Source of the DNA: an uncultured Chloroflexia bacterium
GTDB lineage: Bacteria > Chloroflexota > Ktedonobacteria > Ktedonobacterales > JADMIN01
Length of the DNA stretch: 32,000 nucleotides
Direction of reading: 5' to 3'
NCBI GenBank assembly: GCA_963718915.1
Contig: CAVRAI010000007.1
Coordinates: 120,001 to 152,000 of the forward strand
The stretch's first letter is position 1. Each line of letters begins with the position of its first letter. The notes under the pieces were generated by a model. It was not told the DNA's origin. It saw only the letters and a list, made by a program, of their open reading frames with translations, and did not search any database. A program made the translations under genes and the position numbers. Shown piece after piece: positions 18,001 to 25,298 of this stretch.

Positions 18001-18823
18001 TCTGCCGGTTGGTATCTACATCGCCGGAACCTCGCCGATCCACGAGTTACGCGCCCGCACGAAGCTGCTGCTGCTCTGCTGGTTCGCGCTGATCTTCTTT
18101 GCCGCCAATCACAATGACTTTCACTACGGCGTCTACCTGCTCTCGTTCGGCCTGCTGGCGCTGGCGATCCTGGTGGGCCGCGTGCCGTTCGGCTACATCT
18201 GGCGGCGCATGCGGCTGCTGCTGCTGTTGCTGGCGCTGGGGATTCCTTTCACGCTGATGTTTACCCCCGGCGACACCTGGCATACCTTCGGGCCGTGGGA
18301 TGTAGCAGGATTCGCGGTTGGCCCCATCGTCGTGACCTATGATGGCATCTGGTTTGTCATCTCATTGGGGGCCATTTTCCTGCTGCTCTTCCTCGGTTCG
18401 ATGATTCTGACGATGACCACCAGTCCGGTCGCGCTGGCGGAGGGCATCGTCGTGTTGCTGCGGCCGCTGCGCCGATTCCGCGTACCGGCGGATGAGTTCG
18501 GGCTGATGACGCTGGTGGCGTTGCGCTTCATCCCGGTGCTCGTGCAGGAGACCGAACAGCTCATCAATGCGCAGGTCTCGCGTGGGGCCAACTTTACCGC
18601 TGGCCCAGTGAGCGCGCGTATTCGTGGCGCGGGGTCGCTGCTGGCGCCGATGCTTCAGGGGGCGTTGCGCCGCGCCGAGGATCTCTCGATGGCCATCGAG
18701 GCGCGCGGCTATGGCGTTACTGGCGAGGCGACGCTCCTCCACGAAGGGCGGCTGCGCCTGCTGGACTGGCTGGCGCTGATCCTCATTCCGGCGGTGACCC
18801 TCCTCGCCTATTTCAAGCTCTAA
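17990..18823 (+). CDS. ecfT: ECF transporter transmembrane (T) component
   Basis: 277-aa polytopic protein with the CbiQ/EcfT-type motif AIEARGY near the C-terminus. It overlaps the ecfA2 stop by 11 nt. Confidence 0.85.
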   Translation: MLDNLPVGIYIAGTSPIHELRARTKLLLLCWFALIFFAANHNDFHYGVYLLSFGLLALAILVGRVPFGYIWRRMRLLLLLLALGIPFTLMFTPGDTWHTFGPWDVAGFAVGPIVVTYDGIWFVISLGAIFLLLFLGSMILTMTTSPVALAEGIVVLLRPLRRFRVPADEFGLMTLVALRFIPVLVQETEQLINAQVSRGANFTAGPVSARIRGAGSLLAPMLQGALRRAEDLSMAIEARGYGVTGEATLLHEGRLRLLDWLALILIPAVTLLAYFKL

Positions 18824-18909
18824 TACCAATTCCGGCTGGGTTGTTGTAGTTGGGGAGCGTGCCGGAAGCCCAAAGGCCCCGGCGAATGGGCCAGAGCGAT
18901 GGAAATTCG

Positions 18910-18929
18910 CCGTAGCGTTCACGCTACGG
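18910..18929. terminator. Perfect 8-bp hairpin CCGTAGCG-TTCA-CGCTACGG downstream of ecfT (no U-tract)
   Basis: Seen at 18910-18929, between the ecfT stop and the IS terminus. No T-run follows, so a role as an intrinsic terminator is doubtful. Confidence 0.2.
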
Positions 18930-19032
18930 CCTGCCTCCCTATGACAACAGTCCAACCGGATGTAGTATAACCCTCTTTTGTCATATTGGGCACACAGTCT
19001 GCAGGCAATGGCGGCCGAAAGGAGGCGGCGCC

Positions 19033-20282
19033 ATGACCAAGGTGCGGGAAGCAACCCATACGGTGGCCTTCGTGGATGAGTACTGTGCGCAGTATCGAGC
19101 GCTCTTCGCCAACGTCCGCCACTTCGAGCAGTTCACTGCGCTGCATCTGGGGCTGCTCGCCGAAACCAAACGCAAGTCGCTGCCGCGGCTGGCGAAAACG
19201 GCGAAGGCCGATGCGCAGGCGCTGCATCACTTCCTGGCCAATGCCGAGTGGTCGGTGGAGGACCTGCGGGCCAAGCGCGTGGAGCTGCTCCTGGCAGCAC
19301 TGGCCGAACGGCCATTCATTCTGTGTATTGACGAGACCGGCGACCGCAAGAAGGGGAAGACCACCGACTACGTCGCCCACCAGTACATCGGTAACATTGG
19401 CGGGCTGGCCAACGGGGTGGTCTCGGTCAATGCCTACGGCATCCTCGACGGGACGCCCTTCCCGCTCGCCTTCCGGGTCTACAAGCCCAAGTCCCGCCTC
19501 AAGCCAGGCGACGTCTTCAAGAGCAAGCCACAGCTGGCGGTCGAGTTGATCCAGGAATTGCAGGCGCTCGGCTTCCGCTTCTCGGTGGTGCTGGCCGATA
19601 GCATGTATGGCGAGATTTGGGACTTTACCCACGCCTTGCATCGCTTGCAACTGCTCTACGTCGTCGCCATCCGCTCCAACCACGTCGTCTGGCTGCCTCC
19701 TGGCGAGCACAAGCGCTACAACCGCTGGCACACCTTCGACCGTGTCTTTGCCGACGGGAGCAGCACCCCCCGCTTCATCCGTGAGGTGGTCTTCGGGCGG
19801 CGCAAGGGTTATCGGCAGCGCTTTTTCCAGCTCACCACCGACCCAGTCCGCCAGCCCCCCGAGACGACGTGGTACATCGTGACCAACCTGCCCGGCAAGA
19901 TCGAGCAGACAGTGGGCGACCTGTACGGCTGGCGCACCTGGATTGAGTACGGCTTCAAGCAGGCCAAAGACGAGCTGGGCTGGGCCGACTACGGGTCACC
20001 GACTACCATGCGATCGAGCGCTGGTGGGAGCTGGTCATGAGTGTGGCCACCCTCGTCGCTCTCGAGAGTCCTGCCTTCACGGGACCTGACCCAGCCACCG
20101 CCAGCTCTCCTCTCCTCATTCATCCCCACTGGGATGGCGGCCCTGGCTGGAAGCGTACCCTCAACAACCTGCGCCTCCTGCTCCAACCCTACGTCTGTGC
20201 CTGCCTTCTCTTCCCCTGGCTCCGCGTGCTCCCGCTGCCGCACCTGCAAGCTGGCCTCGCCGACCTGTGCGCCCTCATGAAC
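19033..20282 (+). pseudogene. IS701-family (DDE, COG5659-like) transposase, frameshifted and 3'-interrupted
   Basis: ORFs 19033..20040 and 20037..20336 belong to one gene. The sequence reads GWADY|RVTDYHAIERWWELVMSV only if one base is restored near 19992 (TAC-GGG where TAC-CGG is expected). The last 9 codons (TFHPVFPT*) are displaced to 21613-21639 by the IS3 insertion at 20283. Confidence 0.8.
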
Positions 20283-20312
20283 TGGACTGAACCCCATTTA
20301 CCGGACCGCAGT

Positions 20313-21270
20313 TCAAGACAACTCATCAGTGGATAACGAGGAAGCGGCTTCAAACTCGACAGGCGGCAGATAGCCCAGGCTCGAGTGCAACCGTTTCAGG
20401 TTGTAGACCGCTTCAATGAAATGGCCGAGGTTGGTTTCGGCATCGGCAAACGTTCGATACTCCTGGAGATACACCTCCTCGCGTTTCAACGTCTTGAAGA
20501 AACTCTCGGCCTTGGCGTTGTCATACGGATTGCCTTTGGCTGACATGCTGACACGCGCCTCGGCCTGCTCTAAGCGCGCCACATAGGCGAGACTAGCATA
20601 CTGCACGCCGCGATCCGAATGGTGGATGAGTCCCGAGGCCGGGCGGTCGCTGGGTCAGCGCCATTTCCAGGGCGTCGAGCGTGAGCTGGGTATCAATCTG
20701 GCGCGAGAGCTTCCAGCCGACACAGCGGCGCGAATACGCATCCAACACACAGGCCAGATAGACGAAATTGGTGGGCAAGCGAACATAGGTGATGTCGGCG
20801 ACCCACGCTTGATTGGGCGCGCTCAGCGTCATCTGCGCCAGCAGATTGGGATAGGTCGGCAAGCCATGCGCTGAATCGGTCGTGACCAGGAAGCGTCGTT
20901 TGAGCTGGCACAGCAACGAGTCCTGGCGCATGACGCGCCAGACTCGCTTGTGATTGACCGCCCAGCCTTCCCGCTGCAACGCGTGGGTCACGCGCCGGTA
21001 GCCATAGCCAGGAAATTCCAGCGTGATGCGTTCAATCGCATCGCGCAGAACCAGGTCGCCTTCCGCTCGCGCATCAGTGGCGGGATGCGCGTAGTACCAA
21101 CTGCGGCTCACATCGAGTAAGCGGCAGAGACGCCGCACCGAGAGCGTCGGAAACTGTTCTTGGAGAACAGTCATCATGGCGTGTTGCTCGCTGATGGGGT
21201 CAGCGTGCTGCGCGAGGCTTGCTGCAAGGCTTTTTTTAACGCCGCATTTTCTAGCGCCAACTGCCCGCAA
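20313..21270 (-). pseudogene. IS3-family transposase OrfB (DDE integrase-like), broken by an extra frameshift
   Basis: ORFs 20593..21270 and 20313..20606 are two pieces of orfB. The sequence reads PPGLG|LIHHSDRGVQYASLAYV only if one base is removed near 20632. The C-terminal part carries the typical GNPYDNAKAESFFKTLKREEVY motif. Confidence 0.8.
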
Positions 21271-21506
21271 AAGCGCTCTAACTCGGCAATCCGCGTTTCT
21301 AGCGGTGTGGCGCTCGCCTCGGCTGCCGTCCCAGTGCGCGACGTGAAAGCCGCTTCGCCGCGCTCAGCATATTCGTGGCGCCAACGCGCCAGAAGGCTAT
21401 CAGACAACTGGTGTTCGCGACACATCTGGGCCGGGCGTTTCGTCCCGTTGGCCAGTTGGCGCACGATCTCCAGTTTGAACTCACGCGTAAAGGTCCGTCC
21501 AGGCAT
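21174..21506 (-). CDS. IS3-family transposase OrfA (HTH)
   Basis: MPGRTFTREFKLEIVRQLANGTKRPAQMCREHQLSDSLLARWRHEY is a typical IS3 OrfA N-terminus. A leucine-zipper-like C-terminus runs into the slippery site. Confidence 0.85.
   Translation of the reverse strand: MPGRTFTREFKLEIVRQLANGTKRPAQMCREHQLSDSLLARWRHEYAERGEAAFTSRTGTAAEASATPLETRIAELERFCGQLALENAALKKALQQASRSTLTPSASNTP
21230..21237 (-). promoter_or_regulatory. Programmed -1 ribosomal frameshift heptamer A AAA AAG (orfA/orfB junction)
   Basis: The minus strand reads GCG GCG TTA AAA AAA GCC in the orfA frame. The orfB frame is open across it in the -1 frame (CGVKKSLAAS). This is the canonical IS3 motif. Confidence 0.75.
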
Positions 21507-21900
21507 GGCGTCCCTCGCTTTCTGTTCTGCGGTGTCTGGCCTCAGTGTACCGCAGACTTTCGGCTGAGTTGTCTTGCCTCACTGGTCCGGGATGAGGGGT
21601 TCACTCCAGAACACCTTCCATCCCGTCTTCCCGACATGAAAAAAGAGGGATTAGATATCTTTCGTGATCGCATCCGGGCCCCTGTACGATTCAGGCGCCT
21701 ACGGCTGCCGGTCGACTGGTAGAGCTCGATCTCCGTCGATCCGTTGGTCATGAATTTCGACTTCCCAGTGCCAGCCTGGCAGCGCGATCTCGACCATGAC
21801 GGACTCCGGCTTGGTGTGGCCAAGCCGATACACGACGCCCGCGCTGTCCGGCCGGTTCAGGAACTCCACCAGGCGCCCGAACACCGAGTCAGGGCAACCG

Positions 21901-22911
21901 TCATCGGCTCGGGAGCGATCGCGGTAGCCCGAACCACGGCAGCACGCTGTTGTCGAAGCGGGTCATGGCGCAGATCCGGTCGCCGGCAAGGGTGAGCACG
22001 TAGAAGCCGGCCGCGTGGCGGATTCCGGCCGGGACGCGCAGGTAGGCCCCGAACGCGGGCTGGCCGTTGGCTCGGGTCGGCACGAGGTCGAACATGCGGC
22101 CCGCGCCGAACTGGCGGCCCCAGTAGCGGGCCACGTTGTCACGGCCCTCGTATCCGAATGGCTCCGGAGGCATAGCGATGAAGACGTCGTCGGTCAGCAG
22201 GGCTACCAGCGCCTCCAGATCGGCCGACTCCCAGGCGCGGGCGAACATGGCCACGATCGCGTCCTCGGCGGGCGAGCCTGCGACGGGCGGCGGCTGGTGG
22301 CCGGCGGCTGGCTGCCGGCGCTGCAGGCTAGCGCGGGCTCGTTTCAGGGCGCTGTTGACCGACTGGACGGTCACCTCCAGCATGTCGGCCACCTCGCTGG
22401 CGTGGAAGCCGAGGACGTCGCGCAAGATGAGGACGGCGAGCTGGCGCGGCGGAAGCAGCTGCAGGGCGGTCACGAAGGCCAGCGAGATCGCTTCGCTCTG
22501 CTCGTAGCGGGCCTCCGGCCCGAGCGACCGGTCGATGGCGCCCTCGAGGAGTTGGTCAGGAAACGGCTGCAGCCAGACGGCCTCGTCGCGCGGCGTCGGC
22601 ACGGGCGCTTCGAACTGCGACATGTCCCACTCCCTGGCCGGGCGCCGACTCGCCGCGCGGCGCGCGTTGAGGCACCGGTTGGTGGCGATCTTGTACAGCC
22701 AGGTGCGCAGCGACGCGCGTTCCTCAGTGAACCCGCCGATGCCATGCCAGGCGGCCAGCATCGTCTCCTGGACGGCGTCCTCGGCGTCCTGGAGGGATCC
22801 GAGCATCCGGTAGCAGTGCACCTGCAGCTCCCGCCGGTGTGACTCGGCCAGCTCCCGGAACGCCTCGCCATCCCCGGCCCGCGCCCGGGAGAGAAGATCG
22901 GCTGTCACCAT
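21901..22911 (-). CDS. ECF-type RNA polymerase sigma-70 factor with fused C-terminal NTF2/SnoaL-like domain (SigG/TIGR02960-like)
   Basis: Region 2 reads RELQVHCYRMLGSLQDAEDAVQETMLAAWHGIGGF...RTWLYKIATNRCLNARR. Region 4 reads LPPRQLAVLILRDVLGFHASEVADMLEVTVQSVNSALKRAR. A C-terminal domain of about 130 aa ends ...RFDNSVLPWFGLPRSLP. I chose the start at ATG 22911 (MVTADLLSRARAGDGEAF) with GGAAGG upstream. Third codon positions are very GC-rich. Confidence 0.85.
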   Translation of the reverse strand: MVTADLLSRARAGDGEAFRELAESHRRELQVHCYRMLGSLQDAEDAVQETMLAAWHGIGGFTEERASLRTWLYKIATNRCLNARRAASRRPAREWDMSQFEAPVPTPRDEAVWLQPFPDQLLEGAIDRSLGPEARYEQSEAISLAFVTALQLLPPRQLAVLILRDVLGFHASEVADMLEVTVQSVNSALKRARASLQRRQPAAGHQPPPVAGSPAEDAIVAMFARAWESADLEALVALLTDDVFIAMPPEPFGYEGRDNVARYWGRQFGAGRMFDLVPTRANGQPAFGAYLRVPAGIRHAAGFYVLTLAGDRICAMTRFDNSVLPWFGLPRSLPSR

Positions 22912-22943
22912 CCTGCGCACCTTCCTTCCCGCACCACGTCGTC

Positions 22944-22987
22944 CCTCCGCCCCAGTATATACACCGCCCACAGTATATACACCGCCC
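22944..22987. repeat. Tandem direct repeat (period 18 bp) CAGTATATACACCGCCC x2, each with an 8-bp palindrome GTATATAC
   Basis: Units at 22953-22969 and 22971-22987, preceded by a partial CCGCCC (22946-22951). The repeat lies 40-75 nt upstream of the sigma-factor ATG. It forms AT-rich islands in very GC-rich DNA. Confidence 0.85.
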
Positions 22988-23240
22988 TACGGCGCGAACT
23001 GGGCGGCTCGCGGGCGCCCAGTTTCCCAGTGCCGCGGTGTATGCACTACCGACCGCCGGACGATCCGCCCACCGGATCGTTCCGCACCAGTTGGAACCGA
23101 CCCTGGAAGGTAACCCATGGAATTGTCCGCACCGGCCGGGCGCGGGGCGTTCGCCGTTCGCGATCGCCGCCGCGGCTGGACCCGCTGCGCCCTCGCGCGG
23201 CTCCGACGCCCCCATCTCCGAAAGGACAGGAACACACACC

Positions 23241-23579
23241 ATGCTCGATCCACGTCTTCAGCTCACCCTGTTGCATGCGCGCCAGGGTGAGCTGGCGGAG
23301 CAGGCGGCACGCGACCGGTTCGCGGCATCGCAGCACGCAGAGCGCCACGCGCTTGGGCGCCTATTGATAGCGGCGGGCACGGCCCTGCTCGCGCTGGGCA
23401 CACGACTACACGGCGCGCCAGCGCCAGCGCCCGAGCACGTCTCCGACCGGCGCCTGGTAGAGGCGAACGGCCACAGCGCGCAGTTGGACGCCGTATGTCA
23501 GCCGGGGGCGCTGGTGAACGTGCGAATCCCGAGGAGGAGCCCATGCACAGGAAAGCAGCCACCCGCAGGCAGCGAGTGA
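23241..23579 (+). CDS. Small hypothetical protein with one predicted TM helix
   Basis: ATG 23241 lies within track ORF 22839..23579. Reads MLDPRLQLTLLHARQGELAEQAARDRFAASQHAERHALGRLLIAAGTALLALGTRL... The RBS is weak (AGGA about 11 nt upstream). The 3' end overlaps the MFS start by 37 nt. Its GC3-rich codon use resembles its neighbours. There is no homology evidence. Confidence 0.3.
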   Translation: MLDPRLQLTLLHARQGELAEQAARDRFAASQHAERHALGRLLIAAGTALLALGTRLHGAPAPAPEHVSDRRLVEANGHSAQLDAVCQPGALVNVRIPRRSPCTGKQPPAGSE

Positions 23580-24868
23580 GAAGAACGCTCGCTCGTGTGT
23601 TCGCCGGCTGGCGGACGGGCCTGCCGGGGCCTGTCCTCGTTCTTCAGGCCGGGACCGCGGTCAACTACTTCGGCACTGGACTGATCCTTCCCTTCGAGAT
23701 CATCTACCTGCACCAGGCCCGCGGCTTCCCAACGGCGACCGCGGGGCTGGTCCTGGCGGCGATCATGGGCACGGCGGCGGTCGTAACGCCCCCGTCGGGT
23801 GCGCTGCTTGATCGTTTCCGTGCGAAGCCGATCCTGATCACCGGCAATCTCGCGAGCGCACTAGGCTACGCGGCCTTCGCATTCGTCGACCGTCCCTGGC
23901 AAGCCTTCGTCTGCGCGGCCGTCGGCGGCGCTGGGTTCGGACTGGCGAGCACCGCGAACCAGGTTCTGACCCTGACCCTGGTCTCAGCGGAGCACCGCGC
24001 CTCCTCGATCGCGCTCCGCCGGGTCGCAGGCAACTTCGGTCTCGGCAGCGGCGCGACGGTTGCGGGCTTCATCGTCGCTTTCGCCCATGACCTGCGCGCG
24101 TTCCAGGCGCTCTACCTCTTCGACGGCGTCACCTTCGCTGTCTTCGCGCTGGTTGTGCTCGTGGGGATCCCGAATCCTCGCCTCGCCAATGCTGCGTCGG
24201 CGAGCGACAGGGGAACGGGCTTTCGAGCAGTTGCTCACGATCGGCTCTTCCTCATCCTGATCGCCGCCAACATCGTGCTCGTGATGACCGGCGGCGCGCT
24301 CTTTTCCAACATCCTCGCGCCGTTTGCGACGGCGCACACGCCTGTCGGGCCGGGCGAGATCGGCGTCGTCATCTTCATCAACACCTTCTTCATCGTCGTC
24401 GCGCAGATTCCAGCCACACGGGTCGTCAAGCGGATGCGCCGCACACACGCTCTCGCCGCGACCAGCGCGCTCTTTGCAATCGGCCTGCTCGCGGTCCTGC
24501 TCGCACCGCTCACGAGCTCGACGCTCACCGCTACCACCGTCTTGGCCGGGGTCGCGATCGTGATCGCGATCGGTGAGTGCGCGCAGTTCATCGTGCTCGG
24601 CCCAATCGTCGCCGACCTCGCACCCCCGCATCTGCTCGGCCGCTACATGTCGCTCTACGGCCTCAGCTTCACCGCAGGCGTGGCCCTCGGCCCCGCGGTC
24701 GGCGGGGTCCTGCTCGCAACGTCCCCCGACGCCGTCTGGTGGGGCGGCGCCCTGGCGGTAGCACTGACCGGAGCCGGCTTGCTGCGACTCGGCGACCGGC
24801 TACCCGACCCGCTCCTGCAGGCACAATGCTCCCCGCCGCAAGCCGTCAATGTGGCCGATCCCAGCTGA
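23543..24868 (+). CDS. MFS transporter
   Basis: GAGGAGGAG lies just upstream of ATG 23543. There are about 12 hydrophobic segments. MFS motif-A-like loop GALLDRFRAKP after TM2. GC3 bias is strong. The stop codon directly abuts the truncated IS fragment. Confidence 0.85.
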   Translation: MHRKAATRRQRVRRTLARVFAGWRTGLPGPVLVLQAGTAVNYFGTGLILPFEIIYLHQARGFPTATAGLVLAAIMGTAAVVTPPSGALLDRFRAKPILITGNLASALGYAAFAFVDRPWQAFVCAAVGGAGFGLASTANQVLTLTLVSAEHRASSIALRRVAGNFGLGSGATVAGFIVAFAHDLRAFQALYLFDGVTFAVFALVVLVGIPNPRLANAASASDRGTGFRAVAHDRLFLILIAANIVLVMTGGALFSNILAPFATAHTPVGPGEIGVVIFINTFFIVVAQIPATRVVKRMRRTHALAATSALFAIGLLAVLLAPLTSSTLTATTVLAGVAIVIAIGECAQFIVLGPIVADLAPPHLLGRYMSLYGLSFTAGVALGPAVGGVLLATSPDAVWWGGALAVALTGAGLLRLGDRLPDPLLQAQCSPPQAVNVADPS

Positions 24869-25069
24869 GCTTCCGGCGGGCAGCCCCAGATGCAGGGCGG
24901 TGAACTGCTCGAAGTGCCGCACATTGGCGAAGAGCTCGCGGTAGTGCGCACAGTACTCGTCGATCAACGCGACCGTGTGGGCCGCTTCTCGTATCTTCGT
25001 CATAGCGGGCTGCGCCTCCTTCCGGAAGCTTCAACCCGCACCCCTCATGCCCAACATGACAGAAGAGGG
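24869..25069 (-). mobile_element. Truncated IS701-family-like element, copy 2 (left end plus first ~41 codons of the transposase only), inverted relative to copy 1
   Basis: The reverse complement of 25050-25069, CCCTCTTCTGTCATGTTGGG, matches the copy-1 left IR at 18/20. The transposase N-terminus MTKIREAAHTVALIDEYCAHYRELFANVRHFEQFTALHLGL (ATG 25003) is 35/41 identical to copy 1. Homology is lost at about 24869-24875. Confidence 0.8.
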
Positions 25070-25298
25070 ATAAGCTGGGCCGAAGGCGTCTGTGGTATGG
25101 CTTGCGCGGCCCCCTGATCTTCAACCACTCTACCTGCCGACCTTTCCGCTACACTCCCAACGCTTCGACGGCCCCTATGCTAAGATCAATCCACCGTTAT
25201 CCCGTAGGGCGTCATGTCTACCGCGCGTCGTAGCGTCCTATGAGCAATGGGCCGCGTGGTCTGGTGGGATCGCCCTGAAGTAGTCGAGAGGTGAACCG

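Larger units (their letters stand above)
20283..21608 (-). mobile_element. IS3-family insertion sequence (1326 bp) nested in the IS701-like element
   Basis: Imperfect terminal IRs of about 43 bp start TG...CA. One is TGGACTGAACCCCATTTACCGGACC...CAAGACAACTCA (20283-20325). The other is the reverse complement of 21565-21608, TGGAGTGAACCCCTCATCCCGGACC...CAAGACAACTCA. The element is flanked by a 4-bp direct repeat GAAC (20279-20282 and 21609-21612). It has orfA/orfB organisation with an A7G slippery site. Confidence 0.9.
18971..21649 (+). mobile_element. IS701-family-like insertion sequence, copy 1 (contains the nested IS3-family element)
   Basis: Terminal inverted repeats CCCTCTTTTGTCATATTGGG (18971-18990) and the reverse complement of 21630-21649, CCCTCTTTTTTCATGTCGGG, match at 17/20. 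It encloses a DDE transposase gene. Without the IS3 insert the length would be about 1.35 kb. Confidence 0.8.

Noticed and set aside
21650-21653. ATTA after the inner (right) end of IS701-like copy 1, as a possible target duplication partner of ATAA at 18967-18970.
   Set aside because: It has one mismatch, whereas the two outer ends share a perfect ATAA. A 4-bp match or mismatch is weak evidence either way, so the simple-insertion model is not excluded. I have noted it rather than adopted it.
21699-21884. 61-aa minus-strand ORF (…VVYRLGHTKPESVMVEIALPGWHWEVEIHDQRIDG…) between the IS701-like right end and the sigma-factor stop.
   Set aside because: The sequence looks protein-like and the frame stays open upstream into the sigma gene's 3' end. 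But it has a GTG start with no RBS and I recognised no family. It may be a gene remnant in the cargo; the evidence is not enough to call a CDS.
22944-22987. Short tandem repeats (18-bp here; 9-bp at 9782 and 10870; 8-bp at 26545) considered as CRISPR-like arrays.
   Set aside because: The units are directly abutting with no spacers, and they are far shorter than CRISPR repeats. No cas genes are present.
22839-23240. Upstream part of track ORF 22839..23579 and the sigma-factor ORF extension 22912..22971.
   Set aside because: Both are Pro/Arg-rich junk running through the divergent promoter and repeat region. Internal starts with RBS-like sequences fit better.
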